From contig CAWJTV010000011.1 of assembly GCA_963845755.1 (NCBI GenBank), forward strand, positions 256,001 to 320,000: a DNA stretch of 64,000 nucleotides, given 5' to 3'. Each line of letters opens with the position of its first letter. Positions within the stretch are counted from its first letter, which is position 1. The DNA comes from an uncultured Planctomycetota bacterium. Lineage in GTDB: Bacteria; Planctomycetota; Planctomycetia; Isosphaerales; Isosphaeraceae. Under the pieces are notes generated by a model, which was not told the DNA's origin, made no database searches, and worked only from the letters and a program-made list of their open reading frames with translations. The position numbers were made by a program, and so were the translations under genes. Below, piece after piece: positions 46,573 through 57,500 of this stretch.

Positions 46573-46891
46573 CGCGCTTCGGCGCAACCGTGTTGCTTTC
46601 GTCGTGCCTCGCGCGGGATGCTGGAGGGACGTGCGGCGACGGCGGGACGGTCGTCGAAGTCGAGTCGGTGAGGCGCGGCCATGCCGGAGATGGCGAAGAC
46701 TCCGGCCGCTGAAAGCGCCTCCCGAATGCGTTGGGCACAGCGGCGCTCGGTGTTGCGCGGGCACCGCTCGAGCGTGAGGTGCTCGAGAACCGTCCACCTG
46801 ATAACAGGTGGAATAACGTGCGGGTCAATCGTACACTAAATGCATTGACGCCAATATAACTAAATAATATATTTAAATCTTTGGCAATTTT

Positions 46892-47191
46892 ATGCACATT
46901 ATTTTTGAACTGACCTATGATGTGTTTCTCTCGCACGGATCGCCCGACAAGCCGTGGGTGCGCACGCTCTGCGACGAGCTCGTCAAGTTGGGCCTGAGCG
47001 CCTTCCTCGACGAGCGCGAGCTGGAGACCGGCGAGAACTGGACGCTCCGTCTCAGCCGGGAGCTGAACCAGAGCCGCGCCCTGGCCCTGGTGATCTCGAC
47101 CCAGGCGCTGGAGCGCCCGTGGGTCGATCACGAGTGGACCTCGTTCCTGGCCAAGCATGGGCCGACGTCCGGCCGGCTGATCCCTAGGTGA
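46892..47191 (+). pseudogene. Truncated TIR domain
   Basis: YDVFLSH, AFLDEREL..GENW, LNQSRALALVIS and PWVDHEW; stops right after RLIP. Confidence 0.78.
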
Positions 47192-47252
47192 GCCAGGCGG
47201 GCCGGCCTCGGAAGCCGAGTCCACGGCGAAGCGGCTCCGCCGTACCTCGCTA

Positions 47253-47918
47253 TTGGAGCAAGTCGATCTGATGACGACGCGCGAGGGCCTCGTCCGCCGG
47301 GACACGATGCATCCGGCGACGGTCCAGTTTGTCGCCCGGCGGTTCGGCGATTATCCGGAGCTCCGACGGAAGGCCCATAACCGCGTCGGCGACTGGTACG
47401 AGATGAAGATCAAGACCTCACCCTACATCGAAGATGGCCTCGAGTCCGGTCATCACTTGTTCCAGGCCGGGGAATACGACCGGGCTTATGACATGCTGGG
47501 GTCGGCCTCTGACTGGCTCCAGCAGCATGGTCGGGTCCACGAGAGCCTCCAGGCCCTGGAGCCGTTTCTGACCGAGACGGTGCGAGGGACGATGACGCCG
47601 GACCGGGTCGGCCGGCTGCTCGGGACGGTCGGCATCGCCTACGCCAGCCTGGGCCAGGTGGACCGGGCCATCGGATTTTACGAGCAACAACTCGTCATCG
47701 TCCGTGAGATCGGCGACCGGCGCGGCGAGGGGAACGCCCTGGGCAACCTGGGCAGCGCCTATGCCAACCTGGGCCAGGTGGAGCGGGCCATCGGCTTGCT
47801 GGAGCAGGCGCTACGGATCGGCCAGGAGATCAAGGACCCGCGGATGGTTCGGATCTTCACGCCTCAATTGGAACGACTGGGCGGGGGCGGGGCGGCGGCC
47901 GAGGCCGATGAGGCGTAA
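47253..47918 (+). CDS. TPR-repeat protein, probably the C-terminal fragment of a larger TIR-NTPase-TPR gene
   Basis: LGQVDRAIGFYEQQLVIVREIGDRRGEGNALGNLG repeats, preceded by an MHPAT winged-helix-like end segment. Confidence 0.7.
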   Translation: MEQVDLMTTREGLVRRDTMHPATVQFVARRFGDYPELRRKAHNRVGDWYEMKIKTSPYIEDGLESGHHLFQAGEYDRAYDMLGSASDWLQQHGRVHESLQALEPFLTETVRGTMTPDRVGRLLGTVGIAYASLGQVDRAIGFYEQQLVIVREIGDRRGEGNALGNLGSAYANLGQVERAIGLLEQALRIGQEIKDPRMVRIFTPQLERLGGGGAAAEADEA

Positions 47919-48018
47919 GCCGCTCTGGCGATCGGTCCGCCTTCGGGTGGGACGTGGGGAGACCTGCGGTCGGCCTCGGAGTGGGGTCGGGAGGCCCGCG
48001 CCGCAGCGCAAGACCTCG

Positions 48019-48222
48019 TCACGGCGGCCCAAGGGGCCGCAGGAGCCCAGCCCGGGGTGCCAACCCCGGGGACCGGTCTCGCGCCCCCCCTTTGGTTGCA
48101 CCCTGAAAGGGTGCCGGCGACGGTTCCTGCGGCCCTTCAGGCCGCCGGATGTGGGTGTCGTCGGACTGGCTCCCGGGGTTCCACCCCGGGCTGGGCTCCT
48201 GCGGCCCCTTGGGCCGCCGTGA
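48019..48222. repeat. REP-like palindromic cassette between convergent genes
   Basis: TCACGGCGGCCCAAGGGGCCGCAGGAGCCCAGCCCGGGGTG ... CACCCCGGGCTGGGCTCCTGCGGCCCCTTGGGCCGCCGTGA inverted arms; same family as the interior of 11946-12226. Confidence 0.8.
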
Positions 48223-48289
48223 ACTCATCGTGAACCTCTTCCCATCAGCGCAACGCCGATTCCTGATATCGGGCGTTCGACATGGGGGC

Positions 48290-49202
48290 TCACTCTGCGC
48301 GGAGCAGATCGTCCCAGGTCTGGATCTCCACATCGAGGAGTCGGTCGCCCATCGCTTCCAACCGGTCAAGATCCTGGATGGCCTCGATGGCGGCGACGGT
48401 GGCGGCGTCGGGCTCGCCGAACCGCTTCGTCCCCTGACGAACCAGGAACCGCCGCGCCTCGTCGATTCGGCCCTCCACGCGTCCTTTCATGATGCCCTCC
48501 TCACGTCCAACGGCAATGCCCTCCTGCCGGCCTTCCTGCAAGATGGCCTGATAGGTCGTCGATTCTCGCATGATTTCCCGCTTTCCTTTCAGGAGTTGGG
48601 CCACCAGCTCTTCCGGATAGCGCAGTCCCATCAGGATGTACGTCGCGGTCCAAAGCTGACCGGCCTGGGTTCCTTGTCGATCCGTTCCTCCATCCGCCGG
48701 ATCAGCCCGGGGAGATCCGCTTCCGTCACGTTGGTCAGCGGAGCCAGGGGAACCAGGCTGATGCCGGCCTCGAGGTACGTCTCCGGGTCTCCGGGTCTTC
48801 TTCCCAGAGCCGCACCACCTGGAAATTATACCGATTCGTGATCCAGCCGTCCGGCATCTGACGGTCGTAACGGCCGGTCAGGCCGGGGGAGTTGGCCTCC
48901 TTGCGCAGGAGGATCAGCACGGTGAGCACCGGCAGGTTGTGTCGGTAATCGAGCGCGACCTGGCGGTACCAGAGTCGTCGAAGCAGCGTCAGGTCGTGGT
49001 ATGAGTGAGGCTCGAGGACGAGGAGGTAGGGATGGGGACCTTCGACTTTGAGGACTTTGTCGGCCTCGGCGGTCATGGTGGTGATATTGGAATCGATGAT
49101 CGTGACCGTTCCGATCGGGCCGGTCGTGAAGCGTGCCAGCCAATCGGCCGCGCCTTCCCAGCTCAGTTCCTTGGTGGTGACGTCGGACGCGTTGGATTCC
49201 AT
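48290..49202 (-). CDS. Rpn/YhgA-like PD-(D/E)XK protein with DUF4351-like tail; frame broken near 48785 and 48660
   Basis: AEADKVLKV, VLILLRKEAN, VVRLWEED, LVPLAPL, MRESTTYQAILQEGRQEG...GTKRFG and TWDDLL. Confidence 0.75.
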
Positions 49203-49294
49203 CCCGGGCCTCCGGGTTCGACCAGACCAGCCACGAGCGCGACGGAGCGATCGTTGACCGATCCAGAATCGTCCTGGAATGGCCCGGCGGTCGA

Positions 49295-51197
49295 CTATTT
49301 CCGGAGTGCCTCGACCGGGCTGGCGGATTCCGCCGGCCGGTGGCCGGCGTCGCGCCACCAGAGGGCGGCCCGGTCCTGGTCCCAGTCCGGAGCGCAGCGC
49401 AGCGCCTAAGGCGCGCTCCAGGCTGGCGGCGTCCGGGAACCGCTCGGCCGGGTCCTTGGCCAGGCAGCGCAGGACGACACGCTCCAGATCCTCGGGGATG
49501 CCGGTGCGAAACGTCGACGGGGGCCGCACCGGCTCGTGGGCGTGCGCGATCATCACGCCCACGCTGCCGCCGCGATCGAACGGCGGCCGGCCGGTCAGCA
49601 GGTAATAGGCGACCGCGCCCATCGAGTAGATGTCGCTCCGCTCGTCGAGGTCCCGGTCGCCCAGGGTCTGCTCCGGCGACATGAACATCGGCGTGCCGAG
49701 GATCCGGCCCTCGCCGGCCCGCTGGGTCTCGCCGGCCTGCGCCACGGGGAGGACCAGGCCGAAATCGAGCAACTTGGCCACGTCCTCCATCTGGCCGCGC
49801 CGGGCGGCGAAGATGTTCGACGGCTTGACGTCGCGATGGATCAGCCCGGTCGCATGCGCCTCGTTCAACGCCATGCAGACCTGCCGCAGGAGATAGACCA
49901 CGCGCTCCGGCGGCAACGGGCCGTGGCGCACGACCAGGTCCGCCAGGCTCAGGCCCGGCAGGTACTCCATCACGTAGTAATAAGTGCCGTCCTCGGTGCG
50001 GCCGTAGTCGTAGATCTCGACGGTATTCGGGTGGGACAAGGTGGCGGTCAACCGGACCTCCCGCTCGAACCGCTCCAGGGCCCCTCGGTCGGCGACGTGG
50101 CCCGGCCGGATGAGCTTCAAGGCGCAGGGACGCTTCAAGAGCTGGTGCTCGGCCAGGTAGACCTCGCCCATCCCGCCGGAGCCGATCCGGCCCCGGAGCC
50201 GGTACTGGCCGAGCTGGCGGGCCTCGACGACCTGCCGGCGCAGGCTCGACATCATCTGCGCGCCGTAGGTCGAGCCGACGGCCAGGATCACCAGCAGCAT
50301 GGCGTCGAAGCTGAACAGCGCCACCGGCGTGACCTCCCGGTTCATCCACCCCCGCTCCAGCCACCCCATCGCCTCGCGGTGCCGGAGCCAGAGGGCCAGC
50401 AGGGTCGCGAACGGCAAGAGCGCCAGCGGGCCGACCACCAGCGCGACCCGTCGCCAGCTCTTGGGGACGTAGAGCCCGTTCGTGAGGATCAGGATCGACG
50501 TGATGAGCACGACGTTCTTCATGGTCAACCACGCCGACATCGGGTCGCCGGCGAGCGAATAACGGAGCATGCTCCGATACTGGGAGAACGCATATTTGCC
50601 CGCGAGCATGCCGATCATGGCCAATTCCAGGAGCCGGAGCTGGGCCGTCGAGACGGGGCGGCGGCTCCAGAGCAGGGCGGCGATGCCGCCGAGGATCAGG
50701 ATGACGGTGACGTTCAGGGCCGGGACCGTCATGTCCGCATACTGATTGACGATGCCCCGGTAGACGAACGCCATCGCGACGATCAGGATGTAGATCATCG
50801 GCAACTCGCGCAGTCGCGCCCGCACGACCGTCTGGATCTCGGAGCGGGAATGCGAGCCCTCGTCGGCCCGGATCGCCGCCTTGGGCTCGAAACCCCAGGT
50901 GTCGCCGGTCGAGCCGGCGCCGGAGTCCTCGATCGACCCGGGCCGGCGCGGGGGGTGGAAACCGTCGCGAGGCGGCCAGCTCGTCGTCTCGTCCAGAGGC
51001 CGTCTCCAGGCCTCGGGCGGCGTCAGGAACCCGTTGCGGGTGGCCCGGTCGTCCTCGGCCAGCAGGCGCCCGACCTCGTCGCGCAGGGCGTCGTCACCGC
51101 CGCACGCCTGGCGGAGCCAGTCCCCGCGCCGGGCGGGGTCGATCCGGATCGCGGCATCGAAGAGGTGGTCAATCTGTCGCCAACGGTCCGGCGTCAT
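49295..51197 (-). CDS. Membrane Ser/Thr kinase (N-terminal MTPDRW domain, multi-TM, kinase); frameshift near 49400
   Basis: MTPDRWRQIDHLFDAA..., 5-6 hydrophobic helices, [20 protein letters not shown] and FMSPE. The shifted frame ends DWDQDRAALWWRD...LRK*. Confidence 0.88.
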
Positions 51198-51810
51198 GGG
51201 CCTCGTTCTCCCGGAGCTGGCCGCGGAGCCACGCCCGCGCGAGTCGCCAATCTCGCTCCACGGTCACCACCGAGACGCCCAGCGCCGCGGCGATCTCCGG
51301 CACCGTCAGTCCACCGAAGTACCTCAAGGTCATCACCTGGCTCTGACGCGCGTTCAACAATGCCAGCCGGTCCAGGGCCTCATGGACGGCGAGGATGTCC
51401 AGATTCTGCGCCTCGAAATAGTCGACCACCGAGTCGAGCGAGACCCGCCGCCATCCGGCGCCGCGACGGCCGGCGGCCCGCCGTCGCGCGTGGTCGATGA
51501 GCACCTCCCGCATGGCCCGGGCCGCCGACGCGAGCAGGTAGCCGTGATCCGTGGCCGCGAAATCCGCGTCGCGCATCAGCCGGATCACCGCCTCGTGGAC
51601 CACCGCCGTCGGGGAAAGGGTATGGTCCGACCGCTCCTTCCTCATCAACCGGGCCGCCACCTGGCGCAGCTCGTCATACACCCGGGCGAGGAATTCTGCC
51701 TCGGACCGGTCACTCCTGCCCCGAAACCCATCCGGGACGAGGTTCCCCTCTTGGCGCGGCTTGACCCTCATCGTCCCTCCCAGCAATTCCATGAAGGGTT
51801 TTATCGCCAT
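51169..51810 (-). CDS. ECF sigma factor, TIGR02999/ECF43-like (start uncertain)
   Basis: VYDELRQVAARLM, HTLSPTAVVHEA, AMREVLIDHARRR, LRYFGGLT and TVERDWRLARAWL; overlaps the kinase start. Confidence 0.9.
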   Translation of the reverse strand: MAIKPFMELLGGTMRVKPRQEGNLVPDGFRGRSDRSEAEFLARVYDELRQVAARLMRKERSDHTLSPTAVVHEAVIRLMRDADFAATDHGYLLASAARAMREVLIDHARRRAAGRRGAGWRRVSLDSVVDYFEAQNLDILAVHEALDRLALLNARQSQVMTLRYFGGLTVPEIAAALGVSVVTVERDWRLARAWLRGQLRENEAHDAGPLATD

Positions 51811-52021
51811 TATTCGCAGTAATTATGAGAGGACAAGACACCGCACGTTTTTCATGAGCCCGCCGGCACGGGTCGCGGTTCGTTGCGCGCGAAGAGGCTC
51901 GGTTCACCTCGGTCCGATTTCCATAGGTATGGATACCCGAAGTCCGCGGCATGGCGATCTCCCCATCCATACACTAACCCGCCCAGAAACCCTGGGACGA
52001 AAGCTCTTGAGGCCAACTCTT

Positions 52022-53641
52022 ATGCGTCCACCAATTCGTGCATTGACTGCACTCCTCGCGGCAGGATTCGTCTTCCTGATCGCCCCATCGCAAAGTTGGG
52101 CAGGCGAATCCAAGGATCAATCCCGGACCAAGGATCGTCCTTCTCAAACTCAGGACACTCCGGATATTCCCACGGTCAACCTCCTGGACGCCCTGCGCAC
52201 CAAGCAGGTCTCGGCCCAGGTTGAAGGGACCGGCGATGGCCGGGTGACCGTCTCGTTGACCAACAAGACCCCGCGCAAACTCCGCGTAGTGCTGCCACCC
52301 GGCATCATCGCCCAGAGTGCCACCGGCCAGATGGGTGGCATGATGGGTGGTATGGGCGGTGGCATGGGCGGCGGCGGAATGGGCGGTGGTATGGGCGGCG
52401 GCGGAATGGGCGGTGGTATGGGCGGCGGCATGGGCGGTGGCATGGGCGGTGGCGGTGGCATGGGCGGTGGCGGAAGTACAATGCCGCCGATGATGGGCAT
52501 GATGATGCTCTCGAACATCATCATGTACTTCTGCGGGGATTTCGATAGCTGGGACCGCCGATCCCTGATGATGGGCATGGGCGGCGGCGGCATGATGGGT
52601 GGTATGGGCGGCATGGGCGGCGGTGGCATGGGCGGCGGCGGCATGATGGGCGGTGGCATGGGCGGTGGCATGGGTGGCATGATGTCGGTTCCGCCGTCGG
52701 GCCTGCCGTTCGCTGATCTCAACTCCAAGCAGACCCGGCACTTGCCGACGCAGTTCGTGAGTCTCTCGCCGCCGGACCCCCAGTCGGGTGCGAGCCTGCC
52801 GGCGAAGGGTGAAGGGCTGAGGATCCTCGGCGACATCAGCCGGGCGAGCGACGATCCTCGGGTGCAGAAAGCGCTCCGACGGCTGGCGGCCGAGACGGCT
52901 CCGGCGACGATCACGCAACTGGTGATGTGGCGATTGGCCGCGGGGCTGGACTGGGAGACGATTTCCCGGTTGTCGGATCGCTGGGCGAACCGCTCGGAGC
53001 TGACCCTGGCCCAGGACTTCGTCGAGCGTCTGGATGCGGTGACGGTCGGCGAGAGCGGTCGGCTCTTGTTCCAGGTGCAGGGTAGCGATGCGGCGGGCGA
53101 GTTGCTGGCGGCCGAGGTGGGCAAGGCGGTGAGCGGCAAGATGGTGCTGGGCCTGATGGCCGAGATGGGAATACCCGCTCAGCCCCAGGGGCCGGCCGTG
53201 GCTTGCCAGGTCCGGATCACGGGGACCGAAGCCCTGGTCCAGGTCACCGGAAGCGACGAGACGGGCCTGCAGCTGGATCCCGTTCGGCAAGTTCACGCTC
53301 CCCATCACCCGGGAGCGGGAGAAGTTTGATGCCTCGCGGTTCGCCGATGCGATGGCCCAAGGGATCTTGAACCGGATGGTCCGGATGCAGTTGACCAAGG
53401 GCCCGCGCGCAAGGGAAGGCTGACCTACCAGATCCGGATCGACAACGCGTCGCCGTGGATCCTCAATGGACTGTCGGCCCTGGGGACGACGAGCAAGGAC
53501 AGTGAGGCTGCCAGGCTGATGTCGGGCCTCAGCATCCCGCCGCGCAAGAACATGACGGTCCCGGCCAGTGAGGACGTGGTTAAGCTGCTGGGTCTGAAGA
53601 AGGGGATCCGGGTCATGGCGGTCAACCTGAGCGGGCTCTGA
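52022..53641 (+). CDS. Secreted hypothetical protein with two Gly/Met-rich low-complexity tracts; frameshifts near 53275 and 53420
   Basis: Signal peptide (ALTALLAAGFVFLIAPSQSWA), two (GGGM)n tracts, and TQLVMW. Continues in other frames to VNLSGL* at 53641. Confidence 0.7.
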
Positions 53642-54446
53642 GCCCGGCTGGGTCGGATGATCGGCGCGTTGTGACCGGGTCACCGAGCGGTCTTGGCCGA
53701 GGTGCTGGATTGCGGCTTTGAGCACGCAGTTTGGCACCTCGGTTTTCGCGCGCGCACGGCCAGCTTCTCCGCATTTGCCCGACGCACCGCCGTGGCGTGC
53801 CCGCGTTCCTCTCCGCTGGTCTTCCCCTGTATTGGGTCCCACCCTATAATGCGAACCCTCTCGAGTCTCTAGAGCACCTACCGAATGGGTGGCAAGACAG
53901 CTTCTGGCTCTGGGTAGATGCTCTGTGAGCTCCGGAGAGGACCCGGCGCGGGGATCGGTGTTTACCGAACACGACGCGCCGGTGTGCAACCCCACCGTGA
54001 GGCGTTCGAGCGAGGATACCGGGCCTGGGAATTCGGCCCCGATGCCGGTCTCGATGCAACCGTCTCACCCTCTCGATCGTTACGGGTTTCCCGATCCGAA
54101 GACGATCGAGTCTTCGGCACTCGAAGGGACTTGTGGGATTCCAATCATTCGACGAATCGGGCGGATTCTCCAGGCTCCTCGCGATCACCGAATTTTCGAC
54201 GAAGGCGAATGTCGAGCTAGACTTTCCAAGGGAGCTCGTGCTCTCCCAACCCGAGCCGAGCGGTCAGGAACAACGACAGACCGGCCGCGTTCGGTCGCTA
54301 AAGTCGCGTCGATTCGCGATCGATGATGGATGGATGCCGGGTGACCGGCGAGTCTCGCGAGTCGGTGGACTCTCCGCTTGATGCAAGACGACGACGACGT
54401 CTGGAAACGTCCGCCGTCGAAACTCTGCGCCATGCCGCGCATCTGG

Positions 54447-54524
54447 GGATTCCGGACTCGAGATTGCCGATTCCCGAATCATTCCCCCTCTCGAATCCGG
54501 AATCTGGAATCGTGAATCCCGATT
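54447..54524. repeat. Heptamer repeats in inverted arrangement
   Basis: GATTCCG-like units followed by complementary GAATCCG/GAATCTG units. Confidence 0.55.
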
Positions 54525-54589
54525 AGGTTGCGGCCGAAGGTCGCGTCAGGGCGTGCTGGATCGAACTTCCCTGCCTCCTCCCGCCAGAG

Positions 54590-57500
54590 GTGACCTCGAT
54601 GTTATTCCCTCGCCCACGCCGTCCCTCCGTCAGGGGACGCCGGCCGATCGCGGCCCGCCGATTTCACCTTGAGGGACTGGAAGATCGGACCCTGTTGACG
54701 CTGAGTGCCATCAATCTTGGCGTCACGGTGAAGTCAACGCCGGTGGTGATGAACGGCGAGCTGTTCTTCGCCGGCTACGACGCCACCCACGGCGTCCAGC
54801 TCTGGGAGTCCAATGGGACCGCCCAGGGCACCGTCCAGCTCACCAACTCGAACGACGTTAACAACGGCATCAACCCCCAGGACCTCACCGTCGTCGGCAA
54901 TACCCTCTTCTTCGCTGCCGACGACCTCACCCACGGCGGACCAGCTCTGGAAGAGCGACGGCACCGTGGCCGGCACAACCTACGTCACCGACAGCAACGA
55001 CGGCGTCGCCAACTTCGGCATCTACCCCTCGTACCTCACCAACGCGAACGGCACCCTCTACTTCACCGGCCTGGACCTCAACGACGACACCCAGGTTTTC
55101 CAGAGCAACGGGACCGCCGCCGGCACCACGATGGTGGCCGACATCCCTGGGGCCAACAACGAGCCCGGCTGCTATCCCAGCGACTTTACCGTTGCCGGCG
55201 GCATCCTCTACTTCCAGGCCGCCAACGCGACTGCCGGCGCCAGTTGTGGGAAACCAACGGGACGGCCAGCGGGACGACGATGCTCACCAGCGGCAACGCC
55301 AGCGGGGGCGGCACGGTCCCGCAGGATCTGACGGCGGTCGGCAATACCTTGTACTTCAACGGCTTTGACGCGACCAACGGATTCCAGGTGTGGCAGAGCG
55401 ACGGGACAGCCAGTGGGACCGTGCGGCTGACCAGCGGCGGAGCCACCGGATTGGGCCTGAATCCCAGCGACCTCACGGCGGTGGGGAGCACCCTGTACTT
55501 CGCGGCCAATGACGGGACCCACGGCGACCAGTTGTGGTCATTCAGCGGTGGCTCGGCGACGATGCTCAGCAGCGGCAATGCCAGTGGCGGGGGCCTGAGC
55601 CCCACGAACCTGACCGCCGTGGGCAACACGCTGTTCTTCGTGGGTGATGACGGCGCGCACGGTAACCAGTTGTGGTCGAGCAACGGGACGGCCGGCGGCA
55701 CGGCAATGGTGGCCGACATCAACGGCACGTCCACCGCCGACGTGACCAACCTGATCAACATGAATGGGATACTGTACTTCTCTGCCTACACGACGAAGAA
55801 CGGGTTCCAGGTGTGGCAGAGCGACGGGACGTCCGCCGGCACGGTGATGGATACTGACCTCAACACCGGCGTGAGCAACGGCCCAACCAACTTCACCATC
55901 ATGGGCAACGCCCTCTACTTCACCGCCCCAGGCGCACCGATGTGGATGTGGGTGCCAACGTCGACGCAAACGACGCCGACGATCACCTGGGCCGACCCCG
56001 CGAATATCGTCTACGGCACCGCCTTGAGTGGGACCCAGCTCGACGCCACCGCCAGCGTCCCGGGAACCTTCACTTATACCCCGGCCGCCGGTACCATCCT
56101 GAATGCGGGCAACAACCAGACGCTCTCGGTCACATTCACGCCCACGGACACCACCGATTACACGGATGCTACCGCTACGGTCGCGATCAGCGTATCGCAA
56201 GCCACACCCACGCTCACCTGGGCCAACCCCGCGAATATTGTCTATGGCACGGCGCTGAGTAGCACGCAGCTCGATGCGACCTCAAGTGTGCCGGGAACTT
56301 TCACCTATACTCCGGCCGCAGGCACGGTCTTACGTGCGGGCAACGGCCAGACGCTCTCGGTCATGTTCAAGCCCACGGACACCACCGATTACACGGATGC
56401 CACGGCCACAGCCACGATCAACGTGGCACAGGTCACGCCGACCATCACCTGGAACAATCCGGCGGGCATCGTCTACGGCACGGCCCTGAGCGGGACCCAG
56501 CTCGACGCCACCGCCAGCGTGCCGGGGACCTTCACCTATACGCCACCCGCCGGCACGGTCCTGAGCGCGGGCAACGGCCGGACGCTCTCGGTCACCTTCA
56601 CGCCCACCGATACGACCGATTACGCGGATGCCACGGGGACGGCCACGATCAACGTGGCGCAAGCCACGCCCACGCTTACCTGGACCAACCCCGCGGACAT
56701 CGTCTATGGCACCGCCTTGAGCGGGACCCAGCTCGATGCCACGGCCAGCGTGCCGGGGACCTTCACCTATTCGCCGGCCAGCGGCACGATCCTCCCGGCG
56801 GGCGCCGACCAGACGCTCTCGGTCTCCTTCACACCCACCGATGCCACCGATTACACCGATGCCACGGGAACAGCCACGATCAACGTCGCGCAAGCCACAC
56901 CGACGCTCACCTGGGCCAACCCGGCGAATATCGTCTACGGCACCGCGCTAAGCAGCAGGCAGCTCGATGCGACCTCAAGCGTGCCGGGGACGTTCGCGTA
57001 TTCCCCGGCCGCGGGTACGATCCTGAGCGCGGGGAACGGCCGGACGCTCTCGGTCACCTTCACGCCCGCCGATACCAACGATTACACCCATGCCACGGAC
57101 ACAGCCACGATCAACGTGGCGCAGGCCACTCCCGTGATCACCTGGGCCAACCCGGCGAGCATCGCCTATGGCACGGCGCTGAGCAGTACTCAGCTCGATG
57201 CGGGGGTGAATGTCCCCGGGACTTTTGCCTATACTCCGGCCGCGGGAACGGTCCTTCCGGCGGGCAACGGCCAGACTCTGTCGGTCACCTTCACGCCCAC
57301 CGACACGACCGATTACACCACCGCCACGGCCACTGCAAACCTCAATGTCCTACCAACGACACAAACCACGCCCACGATCACTTGGGCCGACCCCGCGGAC
57401 ATCGTCTATGGGACCGCCTTGAGCGGGACCCAGTTCGACGCCACCGCCAGCGTGCCGGGGACCTTCACCTATTCGCCACCCGCCGGCACGATCCTGAGCG

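Noticed and set aside
48735..51197. 820-aa kinase-Rpn fusion ORF in the track
   Set aside because: It arises from a frameshift near 49400. The kinase has its own natural end at 49295 and the Rpn-like gene has its own ATG at 49202.
49536..51500. Long antisense ORFs (also 2-994, 1250-2524, 12019-13341, 17409-18839, 31455-33464, 51974-53995, 60815-62350)
   Set aside because: These are shadow frames of recognisable genes on the opposite strand, expected in high-GC DNA, and show no motifs.
53645..54440. Long intergenic region with hairpin CCGAGGTGC...GCACCTCGG (~53697-53742) as a riboswitch
   Set aside because: A single hairpin just after a stop codon, with no riboswitch consensus recognised. 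It is at most a terminator-like stem.
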